From NCBI RefSeq assembly GCF_001194135.2, contig NC_068985.1, positions 2,427,625 through 2,484,301 of the forward strand: 56,677 nt of DNA, given 5' to 3'. This document shows, in pieces, positions 23,774-36,378 of this stretch. Under the pieces are notes generated by a model. It ran no database searches, was not told the origin of the DNA, and was given only the letters and a program-made list of their open reading frames with translations. Positions within the stretch are counted from its first letter, which is position 1, and each line of letters starts with the position of its first letter. The translations under genes were made by a program, and so were the position numbers. This DNA is from Octopus bimaculoides (taxonomy: Eukaryota).

Positions 23774-24452
23774 TGTTCATTGCAGGAGAAGAATCACTGA
23801 GTAGATTTGGCGTGGAACTACTTAAAGACTGAGATTAAATATGTTACAAGTTATTTCATTTTGTCCCTGGACATAAAACCTTAACCTAGATCATTGATTC
23901 TCAGTTGGAGTCCACATGACCCTCGCGCCCTTCCCCTCCATTGGTCAGTTGAAGCTTAGACAGTGTCATGTGACAGTTAGCTGGTGCTGGCTGCTGGAGC
24001 CTACCAGTGAGTATTTAAAGGGAAATTTGGCAGGATGGTCAGTCACCCACTGACATTCATTGACGCTGCATCGAAGATACCAAAGAACAGACGAAAAAAG
24101 GAGAAAGAAGAAACACACTCAACACCAAAGCTGAAGACACTTCCAAAAGAGGGGGCCCCACCACTTCGAAAATGGTAGAGGAGTAGGGGCCGAAACCGGA
24201 CATGGTTCCTCCTGATGACGTCTTTTACCACTAAATCCTATAAAAGAGCTGTTGAGGTAGTGAACCACAAAACCTGGTTACAAAACCTGGTTGGAATTCC
24301 TGTTCATTGCAGGAGAAGAATCATTGAGCAGATTTGGTGTGGAACTACTTAAAGACTGAGATTAAATATGTTACAAGTTATTTCATTTTGTCCTTGGATA
24401 TAAAACATTAACCTAAATCATTGATTCTCAAGTGGCGGGGCCACCTGACCCT
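23774..24452. repeat. ~150-bp direct repeat pair (23774-23923, 24301-24452) flanking ~378 bp of LTR/pseudo-LTR-like sequence
   Basis: tgttcattgcaggagaagaatca...cattgattctca..ccac(a/c)tgaccct occurs twice. The repeat ends inside a hAT/Charlie-like terminus (cattgattctcaa) preceded by acctagat. Confidence 0.85.
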
Positions 24453-25159
24453 TGGGGGTCCAAAATACTCCTGACCAATAGACTCGTTATACTTCTGCAA
24501 TACACAAAACGTTTAAACATTTTTTTTTTGATAAAATTCCTAATAATATTGAATCGTAAAAATGTAATTGGAGTTTTAGACATGAAATGGCTGTGAGGCC
24601 CTTCCCACCCGCTGAGTAAAATAGACACCAAAAGGGTGTCTAGGCTGTTGGAAATAAATACCAGACTAATGAAGAAAAATATGACTTACAAAAGGCTAGC
24701 TTCCTATCCAGGGGCATATTTATACTCAACCTGTTAAACATCATGGAACCGGAGCTAATCTTTGTCTCCTAAAAGCACCAGAAGGCTAAGGTAACATTTA
24801 AATTCATTAATTTATTTTAAATTATTTAATTACCAAATTAGATTCACTTAGATGTTGATTCTGGTTATTATTTATTTTTTTTTTTTGTAATTATTTGTGT
24901 AGTTTTATAACTTTTAGTTTTATATATTTGTAGCTTTTGGACTATTTAAACATCTCTGTTCTTATGTTTAGATTTACCAATTCCAACTGTTTCCAATTAT
25001 TTGTTTATTGATTTAAAATAATCTATTTGTCTATTTACATTTCTCAATTCAACTATTTATTAATTCTAATTTGATTTATTTATTTGTTTTATTATCAGTA
25101 GTTTTATATTTAGAATTATCTCTCAATCTGTTTAGATTTATATATTCACTGTTTGAATC

Positions 25160-25221
<62 letters not shown>

Positions 25222-25482
25222 ATCTGTTTCTCTATTTATATCTTAGATTCATCTTATGTTTCTGGAATTATCTGTTCATGTATTTAGATTGATTTATTCA
25301 ACTTAGATTAATCCACTTTCTTATTTAAATCGATTTATTCATATATTTAGTCATTTAGGGCCACATTTCCTTCTATTGTTTTGCATTATTCATGTAAAAT
25401 GCAGAAGTAAAATGGTTTGTGAACTTTTTTTTATATTTTCTTGACATTTGAGCTTTGTTGGAGCAATTGTTTCAAAGCTGAT

Positions 25483-25519
<37 letters not shown>

Positions 25520-25844
25520 CTAACAATTCAATGTTAATTAGCAATGGTCCCTACATTTTACTAAGCTGACCAGAGCAAGTAAGGGTCCATATCTTGCTCA
25601 ATCTTACAATACAGTAAATATAGGGAGAATTGAAATCATAAGCATGTGGTCACTTGGTGAGGTCAGAATAAAACTAAAATATGGAGTAAAGATTATTTGC
25701 CAACATAACATGGCAGTCCTGGTTTAGGACGAATGTTGCTGTAATAAAAAATATTCCTATTTTTTATGTATTTGTTGTCAAGTTTGAGTTTTTATTTATC
25801 TGGGTTTGACAAAACAGTTATTGCTTGTTTATGTAATAATATTC

Positions 25845-26058
25845 TTTTCTACTCGAGACACAAGGCCTGAAATTTGTGGGGAGGGGCCCAGTCAATTAGA
25901 TTGATCTCAGGAGGCAACTGGTACTTAATTTATCGACCCCTGAAAGGATGAAAGGCAAAGTCGATCTCAGCGGAATTTGAACACAGAACGTAATGGCAGA
26001 CGAAATACCGCTAAGCATTTCGCCTGGAGTGCTAACGATTCTGCCAGCTCGTCACCTT
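25845..26058 (-). mobile_element. tRNA-derived SINE family C with 16-bp TSD
   Basis: Minus strand has gcgagctggcagaatcgttagc head, gttcaaattcc-type B box and gactttgcctttcatcctttc..gtcgataaattaagtacc body. tttatgtaataatatt lies at 25828-25843 and 26060-26075. Confidence 0.9.
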
Positions 26059-26254
26059 ATTTATGTAATAATATTGATGATGATAAGATGCAGGTAATGC
26101 ATATCTGATGCTGGAAAGGTGAAAGTGAAAATTGAAGTCTGATAAAATTTGAAATCAGAGAGAGAGATGTGATTGAATTGTTCAAGTATTTTGTTCACCG
26201 TTTTATCAATTCAGCCGTCCACAAACCTGGACAGAAACACTGGTTGTGAGGGAA

Positions 26255-26575
26255 GGGGTGGCAGTGGTGGTGGTGGTGGTGGTAGTGGCAGCAGTGGTGG
26301 TGGTGGTGGTGGCAGCAGCAGTGGTAGTGCCGGTGCTGGTGGTAGTAGTGTTGATGGTGTTGGTGCTGATTGTGGTGGCAGCAATGAGAAGGAGAAAATT
26401 GACAATAATGACAACAATAATGATGATAATGATAACTATAACAGTAATGGTGATGCTGATGATAATCACCATTGTTGCAGCCATCATCATCATCATCACA
26501 TCACCCCCACCATCATCATCATCATCGCACCACCACCACCACCACCACCATCATCATCATCACCATCAACATCAC

Positions 26576-26609
<34 letters not shown>

Positions 26610-26700
26610 GCACCACCACCACCACCACCACCACCACCACCATCATCATCATCACCATCAACATCACCATCATCATCATCATCATTACCATCATCATCAT
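26255..26700. repeat. Trinucleotide array switching from (GGT)/(GAT) to (CAT)/(CAC)
   Basis: Visible; the polarity flips near 26465. Confidence 0.9.
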
Positions 26701-27034
26701 TGTATGTAAAGATAATATTGTTAACATCAAGAACCGAAGCAGGTTGATTCAGCTTTATGTAGTTTTAGATTTCCCAGCTCTGAATTCAAGAATGGTTGAA
26801 TGTTTTTATTGCACTTTTGAATGGAAACTGGAAACAAGGAATGCAAAGTTCTTTACAACGTCTCAACAAAACAAGTTTTCCACAATTCATAACAGAACGT
26901 TGATCAAAAAAAAGTTATCTTTGAACTTACCTGTTATCACCTTCTTACTACAACACCTGTCTGCTTATTTCAGGTGGGCACTTCACTCAAATCTATCGCT
27001 AATGTTTGATCTATCAGTTATTGAAGTTTATGAA

Positions 27035-27347
27035 GGTATGTGACTTGGTGGTTGAGGTATTCAGCTCACAATTATAAGTCATCAGTTCAATTCCCAGTGG
27101 CACATTGTCTCCTTGAGCAAGACACTTTAATTCACGCTGCTCCAGCCCACTCAGCTGGCAAACGTGAGTTGTAAGTCAAAGGGTCAGCCTTGCCACACTC
27201 TGTGCCATGTTGAATCTCCCTGTAAACTACATTAAGGGTACTCGTGTCTGTGGAGTACTCAGCCACTTTCAGGTTCATTTCACAAGCAGGATGTTCCATT
27301 CATTGGATCAACCAGGACCCTCGTCGTTGTTACTGAGTGAGTGCCAG
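27035..27347 (+). mobile_element. tRNA-derived SINE family E (CORE-like domain)
   Basis: tgacttggtgg A box, gttcaattcc B box and ccttgagcaagacacttta..ccactcagctgg; second copy at 49707-49999 (minus). Confidence 0.8.
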
Positions 27348-27451
27348 TTAATGGAAGTTTATAGCTGACTTGGACAGAATGCAACCTTAGGGGCCACTGT
27401 TTTACTCTTTTGTTTTTGCTAATTTACTGTTCTTTGTTTTCCCTACATCTA

Positions 27452-27722
27452 TCATCGTCATCATCATCATCATCATCATCGTTTAACATCCATTTTCCAT
27501 GCTGGCATGGGTTGGACAGTTCGACTGGGGTCTGAGAAGCCAGGAGGCTGCACCAGGCCCCAATCTGATCTGGCAGTGTTTCTACAGTTGGATGCCCTTC
27601 CTAACGCCAACCACTCCGAGAGTGTAGTGGGTGCTTTTATGTGCCACTGGCACAAGGGCCAGGGGCACTGGCATCAACCACAATCGGATGGTGCTTTTTA
27701 TGTGCTACCAGCACGGGGCTCA
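27452..27722 (-). mobile_element. Family A element
   Basis: (cat)n tail, core and two internal units. Confidence 0.9.
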
Positions 27723-28214
27723 CAACAACAATTTCCATTTGATTTGATTTTGATATTGCTGTTGATGTTGATGTACATGACTCAAGAGATGCTTGTGTTG
27801 CAGCGTGTACTCTCATCCAGGTAATTCACCTAAGATTGATCAGGTGTGTCAGAGTGACATTCTTTCAGCATGGGTCTTCATTTAAGGCTGACCCAACTCT
27901 AAACAGCATCAACATCATCATTGTTTTGAGGTCCACTTTTTTATGTTTACGTGGCTTAGATGGACCATGAAAGCAAATTCTCTATAACCAGAAGCCCTTC
28001 TCGTCACAAACCCTCCCTTGTTCTCAAGCAAGGTAATATTTCCTCATGGCCAGACATGTTTTCACAGAATATTGGAAATAAAGGACACTGCTAAGACGAA
28101 AGTGGCACTGATATGCAGCTATCACGCAATGGTGAGACAAGGAGACACAAACATACATACATCTACACTGAAGCACATGTGCACATGCATGCGTATGCAC
28201 ACACACATGCACAC

Positions 28215-28395
28215 ATGCATGTATGCATGCACATACATGATGGGCTTCTTTCAGTTTCCATGAACCAAATCCATTCACAAAGTTTTGGCCAATCCTATAG
28301 TAGAAGACATTTGGCTAAAGTGCCATGCAGTGGAAATGAACCCTAAACCCTGTGGTTGGAAAGCAAACTTTTTAACCACACGGCTACACCCATGC
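28215..28395 (-). mobile_element. Family B CORE-SINE 5' part
   Basis: gggcttctttcagtttcc...ctatagtagaagacatttgg...gaaccc. Confidence 0.75.
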
Positions 28396-29359
28396 AAAGG
28401 CTATAAAAAAAGAAAAAAAGAAATAAAAACTCTGAAACTAGGAATGGTCTGCAGTAGCAGAGATTGGTTAATAAAAATCAGTGAAAATGAATAAAGTTTT
28501 CTGTCTGCCTGGAATATTTGAATTCACGCACAAACTTTTTTTCAGTCTTACAAGCAAGAGACAGCAGAGAAGAGAATGATTGTATTTCAGCATCTTGAAA
28601 CACACCACAAGGCAGATATGAAGAGAAAAGAGGTCGACTTTCCCTGCAACTAGCATGGAATACAATTCAATATATTATTATTCAACAGAGATGGCACATG
28701 TTATACAATCAATCAACTATCTATTTGCATCATCTGATGTAACATTTATACAGCTCTTGTAGCAGAATGCAAGCTGAAATCTCTACACAAAACACCACAA
28801 AGCCCGTGAGGGATAGAACTGGCAGAAACAGAGCCGAGATATAATGTAACAATACACATTATGAAATGCCTAACCGAACACAGATGGCAGCACGCATCAT
28901 GCAAAGACGCTAACATTCAATGAACTATTGGAAATATAAATATTTGAATTCAATCACCACACCGTTATCACCACTCTCACTCCTGTGTACACACACATGC
29001 CGTGGAACATACATACTTACATACTACTATATATATATACATACGTGTGTGTGTGTGTGTGTGTGTGTGTATGCATGTATATATTCTGCTATATGCCTAC
29101 TTACTTGTATATACATCTATGCTAACATGGTCATATATATGTATGTGCATGTGTGTGTATGCGTGAGTGTCTATATAAATGCTTATATCACTGAAGTCCT
29201 GTTTGTCTCTACATTTATGCATCATTGTGCATTTACATATGTGTGTGTATCTATTTATTTACCAATGTGTTTGCTCATTTATGTGTGTGTGTGTGTGTGT
29301 GTGTGCCTGCATATATGCAGGTGAATGTGTGTGTGTGTGTGTGTGTGTGCGTATCAACA

Positions 29360-29540
29360 TCACCATCATCATTTAACGTCCGCATTCCATGCTGGCATGG
29401 GTTGGACAGTGTGATCAGAGCTGGCCAAGCAGAAGATCGCACCATGTTTTGCTGTCTGTTTTGACATGTCTTTTTACAGCTGGATGCCCTTCCCAACACT
29501 AACCACCTTACCAAGTGGACTGAGTGTCTTTTACATGGCA
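29360..29540 (-). mobile_element. Family A element (3' part)
   Basis: catcatcatttaacgtccgcattccatgctggcatgggttggac...agctggatgcccttcc. Confidence 0.85.
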
Positions 29541-31379
29541 CCAAATGCAGGGGAGGGCAGTTTTGGCGTGGCTTTTTTACAGCTGGATGACCCTTGCTGA
29601 AATGAAACTGGTAATGCTTAAATACAGAGGTTCTTTAATGGTACTACTTAAATACAAGTGTTACATACAAAGCATTTTAAATGTATGCTATCTTCCACGC
29701 TGTGATTGTTTTTGTTTCAGCACACGATCTCAGATCAAGTCACTTGCTATGCAAGTACATCTCCGTAATTTTTTAAAATCACTGTGGATAAATGCCAGCA
29801 ATGACCTTCTCAGGCTCTCCAATATTTTAATTTCTAAACAGAAATAATCGGGGGCAGGGAGTGGAGTTGCAAAACATTCATAATTCCTCAAATTTTCTTT
29901 TTGATAGCATATAAATGTATTTATGGTGGAAAAATATTGAAAAACATCAATACATGTGAGAGTGATAAAGAAACGAGGAGGGTTGTCTATGAATATGCTA
30001 GAAACAAAAGCCAAATCGCCCACACTTTTTCCTCTGAAAATATTAACAATTTAAAAAATTTTTTACCGAAAATACTCTTCCCATGATTTTGGAGTGCAAA
30101 AAAAAATTGGCCAAAATAGGTCCGGAGAGGGATGATGAGGGAGTGGGTATAAAAAAAGAGCCTTCAAAACTTTTTTTCATACAAAGATGCACTCCCAACC
30201 CCATCATTTCGAAGGCTTTGGCTTAAAAAAAAAAAATGAGGAAAATCTCCAAAAATATTTTCCCCACAAATTTCTTTATAATCGTAGTCTATGTTGTTCG
30301 AAAGGAATTTGCATAAATTTTCATGAAATGATACCCATTTTCCTGAAAGTTATGAAGGGAAAAAAAAGTCAGATCGTGTGAATTTTCCAAAAACTCTTCT
30401 CTCCACCCCCTCTGAAAATTTCTTTCCCATAAAACCCTTTATACCCTGTAACCACATCTAAGCAGTATTTGTAGAAAATTTTGTTAAAAAGTATCTATTT
30501 TTCTGGATGTTATGAAGCAACAAAGTCGGGGGCGCTGAAGTAATGCCCTTTTATTTATATGATTTTTTTGATTTCATGTTTATTTCATTCATTGTTTGCA
30601 ATGTTCTCTCCCCCATCTCTCTCTCATACACACTGAAAAGCTTACAGAAGGGCTGCTGAATTGAAATCTCAATGTTGCATTGAGGGGAAGGTAAAACTTG
30701 ACAAACTGCTTTTTTCTCTGTTGTTGGACTGCCGTGATGTTTGTTTAANNNNNNNNNNNNNNNNNNNNNNNNNNNNNNNNNNNNNNNNNNNNNNNNNNNN
30801 NNNNNNNNNNNNNNNNNNNNNNNNNNNNNNNNNNNNNNNNNNNNNNNNNNNNNNNNNNNNNNNNNNNNNNNNNNNNNNNNNNNNNNNNNNNNNNNNNNNN
30901 NNNNNNNNNNNNNNNNNNNNNNNNNNNNNNNNNNNNNNNNNNNNNNNNNNNNNNNNNNNNNNNNNNNNNNNNNNNNNNNNNATGAATAAATGGAAAGAGA
31001 TAAATAGATAGACAAATAAATGGATGAAAAAGTTCAAAATTTAAAATTGGGGGAGGGGCGGAATTTGAGTCCCTTATTAAACTTTATACCATTAATTATT
31101 AAATATTAATGTTTGTTTCTAATAAAATGGTGTATATTTAATTTATATCATAATATTATTTACGATTATTTAAGGCAAACAAAAGTGAAACGCAAATTCT
31201 TTTCACTTTAATGTTTTTGTCTGTGTTTAATTTCCATTTGCAATGTTCGTCAATTTGCTACGATCTCTTTAAAGTAAACAAAATCAAAAATGTGAATTGG
31301 GTGAAATTTTTTTTTTTTTCATATTCGTAATCTCCGACATCTAAACCGCAGGAATCCGAAAAAAGTTTTTCAAAAAAAT

Positions 31380-32480
31380 ACGTTTTTCAAGGAGAGGCGC
31401 GAAACTGCATTAACCCCAAAAAACATCTTAATATACGTCAACAAAATTTTTGGAAGACATGCAAATGTAAAAAAAAATATGCTGAGATATGCACAGATTG
31501 GATTGAGCCAGACGTATCCATACTTCAGCGTAAATTCTTAAAGAAATTAAAGGAGAACCGGAGGAAGAAAGAAAACCAAGATGGGCGCTATGTCAAACGT
31601 GAGGACAGACATCTTCGTCATCAATCTTTAAATAAAGAATCTCTAGTCAAGACAGAATACGAAACGGTGGACGATGAAATTATCGAGGCAATATCGAAAA
31701 TAGCCACCGGGAATATAGCTGAGAAATGAAAGATACGTGGGTTAAAGATAATACAAAAGAAGAAAGTAAACCAAAGCGTTTATGGCAAAAGAAACAAATG
31801 TTTCTTGATAAATACTTTGGAAACTACGGTAAAGACATCTCAGTACCACGTGAATGGGATATAAAGGAAGCAACTTAACCAACACAACATAGATGGAAAC
31901 GCATGGCAGCAAAAACAGTCAACCACAAGGAACTACGGTAAGAACATTTTATTATTTAAAAATACAAAGAAACATACCAAGACACGTAACATACAAGAAT
32001 ACTATAATCAAAACAAATATTCCTTTGACCAAAACATATTAAAGAAAACAATTATTCATTGGAACGAAATATTAGAGGAAGCAAAACTGGTAAGAATTCA
32101 CATTCGAGACCTCAACGAAAATCGCCTGTTAGAAACAGAACAAAAAAAAAACATACTAGACCGTCAAATAAACCCCAAAAATTCTTTTCACAAACAGTAA
32201 ATATAAATGATATAGCCATGCTTAGAAACAAGAGAAAAAACGTACCTAAGCAAACACCACAACCAAAATACGAAGCTCACCAGATAACGGGTGTTAATAA
32301 TAGAAGACATAATAGACAAAAGAGAATCTGTTTTTTTTAGCAGACACCAGAGAAAGAAAAAAATGCAAGAAGAAACAACTGATAGAATAGACCCTAAAAT
32401 TATTAATCTGTCAAAAAGAAATGCAGACAGTGACTAACTTCAGTTATTGATGAAAGGACTAAAATTCACACCTACCCATG
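31380..32480 (+). mobile_element. Decayed Penelope-like element, N-terminal ORF region
   Basis: A-rich, basic, stop-interrupted reading ending in KIINLSKRNADSD*LQLLMKGLKFTPT (32396-32476). This matches the INLS...L..LL.KGL.F.PT motif that precedes the RT in Penelope/Poseidon-type elements. The left boundary is uncertain. Confidence 0.65.
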
Positions 32481-32529
32481 CAGTCGATTATCAGGAGGAA
32501 AATATCCAGATATTCGTAAATTTATGTGT

Positions 32530-33330
32530 GTCAGTTCTTGTCTGTACTTTTGTCCAACAGGGTCAATGGCTACAAAAGGCCCAGATATTTGAGCACCCGT
32601 GTTCAAGAAGGAACTCTGAAGTACCGAGCATGGAAAATTGTCCTTCTTCCTGCCTGCCATTACTGACCTCCTGCCCATCTCGAATAACTTCAAAATGTGG
32701 GACAAAGAGGAGGGCCCATCCTGCGAGCAGTGTGGATCAACTCTTTGCACCCTGGCCCACATTTTGACTAGATGCTCCAGAAGGCATGACAAGGTCCTTG
32801 CAGAAATTGCCAAATGGACAAACATGCAGAGGGCTTAAGATCAACAAACAGCAACTCTCACCACCGATGGGTATCAGATTCCTAAGGAAAGGTGACAAGG
32901 CTTCTGAGATGAAAGCACCAATAGGAGACCCGTTTTGTATTTTGCATCTAGCCTCAGACTAGGAGATGCGAATGAACTGCAAAGGCAGATTCTGACAGAA
33001 AAGTTGTTGCTCTTTTGTGGTTGAACTTCTAAAACCCTGGGTGGACAGACTTGACGTTCCTCATCAGCCAAAGAAAACCACATATCAGGATTTGGTTGAT
33101 TTGGTAAGTGCCAAAGGATGGCAGCCAGCCTCAGTCTGTACTGAGGCTGCCTGGAACCCTTCTGCAAAAAAAGACTAATTCACTTCTCACTGCCCCATTC
33201 AGGAAGCATACAGGTTAACGGGTGAAATGCTTGTGACCCTGAGAGACCTGCTGATGATGCATAAAGGTTTCTCAATACTGGTGGATTTGGGAGGGTTTGT
33301 AATACCCTTGGGTAACTTCTGCAGTTTCTC
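32530..33330 (+). mobile_element. HERO-like (restriction-like endonuclease) non-LTR retrotransposon 3' fragment
   Basis: QQGQW.., SFFLPAITDLLPISNNFKMWDKEEGPSCEQCGSTLCTLAHILTRC..RRHDKVLAEIA (zinc knuckle plus RHD) and VVELLKPWVDRL...KKTTYQDLV..GW (REL motif). Confidence 0.8.
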
Positions 33331-33569
33331 TGGTGCATCCCCAATGTTTATTTTACTTATGAGACTGTTAGTCTGCTTGTCTACTTACATCTACCCTTAA
33401 TGCATTCCAGTTACCCCACCTCTATTATAGCAGATACTCCTTGCTCTCTCTCTCTCTCTCCTCCACGTTCTCTTCACCCTCTCCCTTATCTCTCCACCCC
33501 TCATCGTTCCTCTTTCCCCTCTTACAAACGAGTGTATTATTTTTCAGTTTTATTACCTACCACCACCTT

Positions 33570-33633
<64 letters not shown>

Positions 33634-34580
33634 TCCATAGATAGATTATTTCAAAAATCAACAAGTGCCTATCTCTGTAATCCCACACTCTTACCCCTAT
33701 ATCCTATTCCAAAATATATTCCCCCACCCCAAAATTCTTCCTGCAACTACACCACATACACTAAACATCAATTTCTCTTCTTGCTTCTCATCATGATTGT
33801 TTCCAAAAAAGAAACCAAAAAAAATGAACAGTTGTATGCAAGTAAGAATACCTTTGTCAAAACCCAAGCTCATCTGTAATCTTCCTTTCTTCTCTGTTTA
33901 ATCCCCATATAATCCACCCAAATAACCTGAACACACCCACATACCCACCCTATACAATTCAATCCCTTTTGAATCATACTCATTCTTTATGTTAGCAAAA
34001 AAAAACGATGTTGTATTTAATGTAATGAGTTTAAAACTGTATAAAACATATCGTAAATATATTTATTCATTTCAAATATTATAATTGTCATTGTTAGCAA
34101 TAAAATTTTCTTTCTTAGAAACCAATTTCCCTATTCGTTGGGTATAAAACATGAGGCTTTTTATAGAAGAGAAAAATGTTTGGGGTACTGTTTTGATATT
34201 GTCCCTGAGCATCTCCCTATTGTTGAAATATTCAAGTGACCTGAACAAATGAAAATCTGGTTTTAGGCCTGGTGAGTAGGGAGGGTAAAGCAGAGCTCCC
34301 CAACCAAATGAATTTATCTTTTCAAGGGTTTTCTGTGATGAATGTGGCCTTGCATTATCATGTCATAGGATGACTTCCTTTCTGTTGAAAGGAAGTCATC
34401 CTGTTCGCTTCTTAATACTCTTTCCCAATCTGCTTGAGATTATCTTGCACAATGGATCAAGGTTTATGAAACCCCAGAAATAAATCATTAATGTCTGACA
34501 GGGACCTTCTTGTGCTGTGACATCAGACTTTTTGCTAGAAAATATATTACTTTTCAGTACCTCTAATGAATATAATCCCT

Positions 34581-34731
34581 GTTCTATATTTAAGAGATGA
34601 AGAATTATGTACATTATTTACATTTGACAGATATTTGTCCTCATCTTGTTTGTTGTTAACTTGTTTCAGCTGATATGCCCTCCAGCATATGGCATAGTGG
34701 TTAAGACATGGGCTACTAACCCCAAGATTCC
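34581..34731. mobile_element. Hammerhead-SINE family D, copy 3 (inverted 3' half fused to sense tRNA head)
   Basis: 34581-34684 is the reverse complement of the 3' half; 34685-34731 is gcatatggcatagtggttaagacatgggctactaaccccaagattcc. Confidence 0.85.
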
Positions 34732-34820
34732 TATACAAATTTATTGAGTTCCTTCATAGAGGCAGTCAAATTTAACAAGTTGTTCTTTGTCTTCTCATTT
34801 AATGTGTGTGTAAGCATGTA

Positions 34821-34859
<39 letters not shown>

Positions 34860-35714
34860 NNNNNNNNNNNNNNNNNNNNNNNNNNNNNNNNNNNNNNNNN
34901 NNNNNNNNNNNNNNNNNNNNNNNNNNNNNNNNNNNNNNNNNNNNNNNNNNNNNNNNNNNNNNNNNNNNNNNNNNNNNNNNNNNNNNNNNNNNNNNNNNNN
35001 NNNNNNNNNNNNNNNNNNNNNNNNNNNNNNNNNNNNNNNNNNNNNNNNNNNNNNNNNNNNNNNNNNNNNNNNNNNNNNNNNNNNNNNNNNNNNNNNNNNN
35101 NNNNNNNNNNNNNNNNNNNNNNNNNNNNNNNNNNNNNNNNNNNNNNNNNNNNNNNNNNNNNNNNNNNNNNNNNNNNNNNNNNNNNNNNNNNNNNNATATA
35201 TATATATATATATATAATGTATGTATGGAGAGAAAGGGGAGAACATATGTGTGTATGTCTGTGTGTGCATGTATGTGTATGTGTGGGATTTTGTATATTA
35301 TTTTAAAGTTTTGCTGCATCATCAGTTTTGAGGGGATTTTTTTGTCTTTTTTTTTTTTTAAATAACAAGCACTGCAAAGTAAATTACAAAAATCTTTCAG
35401 TAGATCAGTTTTTGCTCTTAAAACGGAGCTGCTAAAAGCACTTAACAAATAAGTCCCCAGCACTTTGCAGAACAACCAATTACAAATGAAACATACCCAG
35501 ATACAACAACAACAACAACACACACACACACACACTCACGGAGTACAATTTATAACTCAAAAGATCAGGCTTACAAAGTAACTTGAGCTAAATTTTTAAT
35601 CTCCTCACCTCTGTAGCCACCACAGTGTCCACTACCAGTTCACATGCACTGTCCACCAACTGTTACACACACACACTCCTAACAGTACACATTGTCCACT
35701 AACAGCTACATATT

Positions 35715-35900
35715 AACATCATCATCATTTAATGTCCATTTTCCATGCTGGCATGGGTTGGACTGGAGCTGGTGAGCCAGAGAGCTGCACCAAGTTCCAG
35801 TCTCATTTGGCATGGTTTCTATGGCTGGAGGCCCTTCCTAATGCCAACCACTTTACAGAGTGGACTGGGTGCTTTTGACATGGCACAGGCACCAGTGCAG
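35715..35900 (-). mobile_element. Family A element (3' part)
   Basis: catcatcatcatttaatgtccattttccatgctggcatgggttggac...gcccttcctaatgccaacc. Confidence 0.85.
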
Positions 35901-36171
35901 TTTATTCAAATCCAATTGGCACAATTCATTGACCGTCACTTAACGATCTACTCACAGTTGAAACAACAATCCACACCTGATTAACTTACAGCCCACACAG
36001 GTCACTCACTCACACACACACACACACCCACTGCACCCTGTTCAGTCAACTAAATCTGCATACAGTACAGTAATGGTCAACAGTCAGCCCATCAACATCT
36101 CATTAACTGTACAATAGCAGCTCTTTAACAATTAATTAACAAGACTCCCAGCAATCAGCTAAACTTTTCTA

Positions 36172-36378
36172 CTCTAGGCACAAGGCCTGAAATTTTTGGG
36201 GAGGCGGGGCAGTTGATTACATTGACCCCAGTACACAACTGGTACTTAATTTATTGATCCCGAAAGGATGAAAGGCAAAGGCAACCTCAGCGGAATTTGA
36301 ACTCAGAACATAAAGACAGGTGAAACACTGCTAAGCCTTTCGCCCAGCGTGTTAACGATTCTGCCAGCTCGCCACCAC
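36172..36378 (-). mobile_element. SINE family C
   Basis: Full-length match to 25845-26058. Confidence 0.9.

Noticed and set aside
24118-24232. Second hammerhead (ctgaaga...ccgaaaccggac; ctgatgac)
   Set aside because: Stems I and II do not abut the core and the cleavage triplet is non-canonical; at best a decayed relic.
23774-24430. TRIM/LTR element because the repeats read TG...CA over 130 bp
   Set aside because: Similarity continues past the CA into a hAT-like end, and no PBS, PPT or flanking TSD is visible. It is kept only as an unexplained duplication.
26173-27043. Long Gly/His/Ser-rich ORFs (178 aa, 265 aa)
   Set aside because: They are read-through of stop-free trinucleotide repeats; the 178-aa frame starts at TTG, and no domain is recognisable.
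33215-33265. GAAA...CTGATGA in the HERO-like 3' UTR as a hammerhead
   Set aside because: No convincing stems can be formed in this copy.
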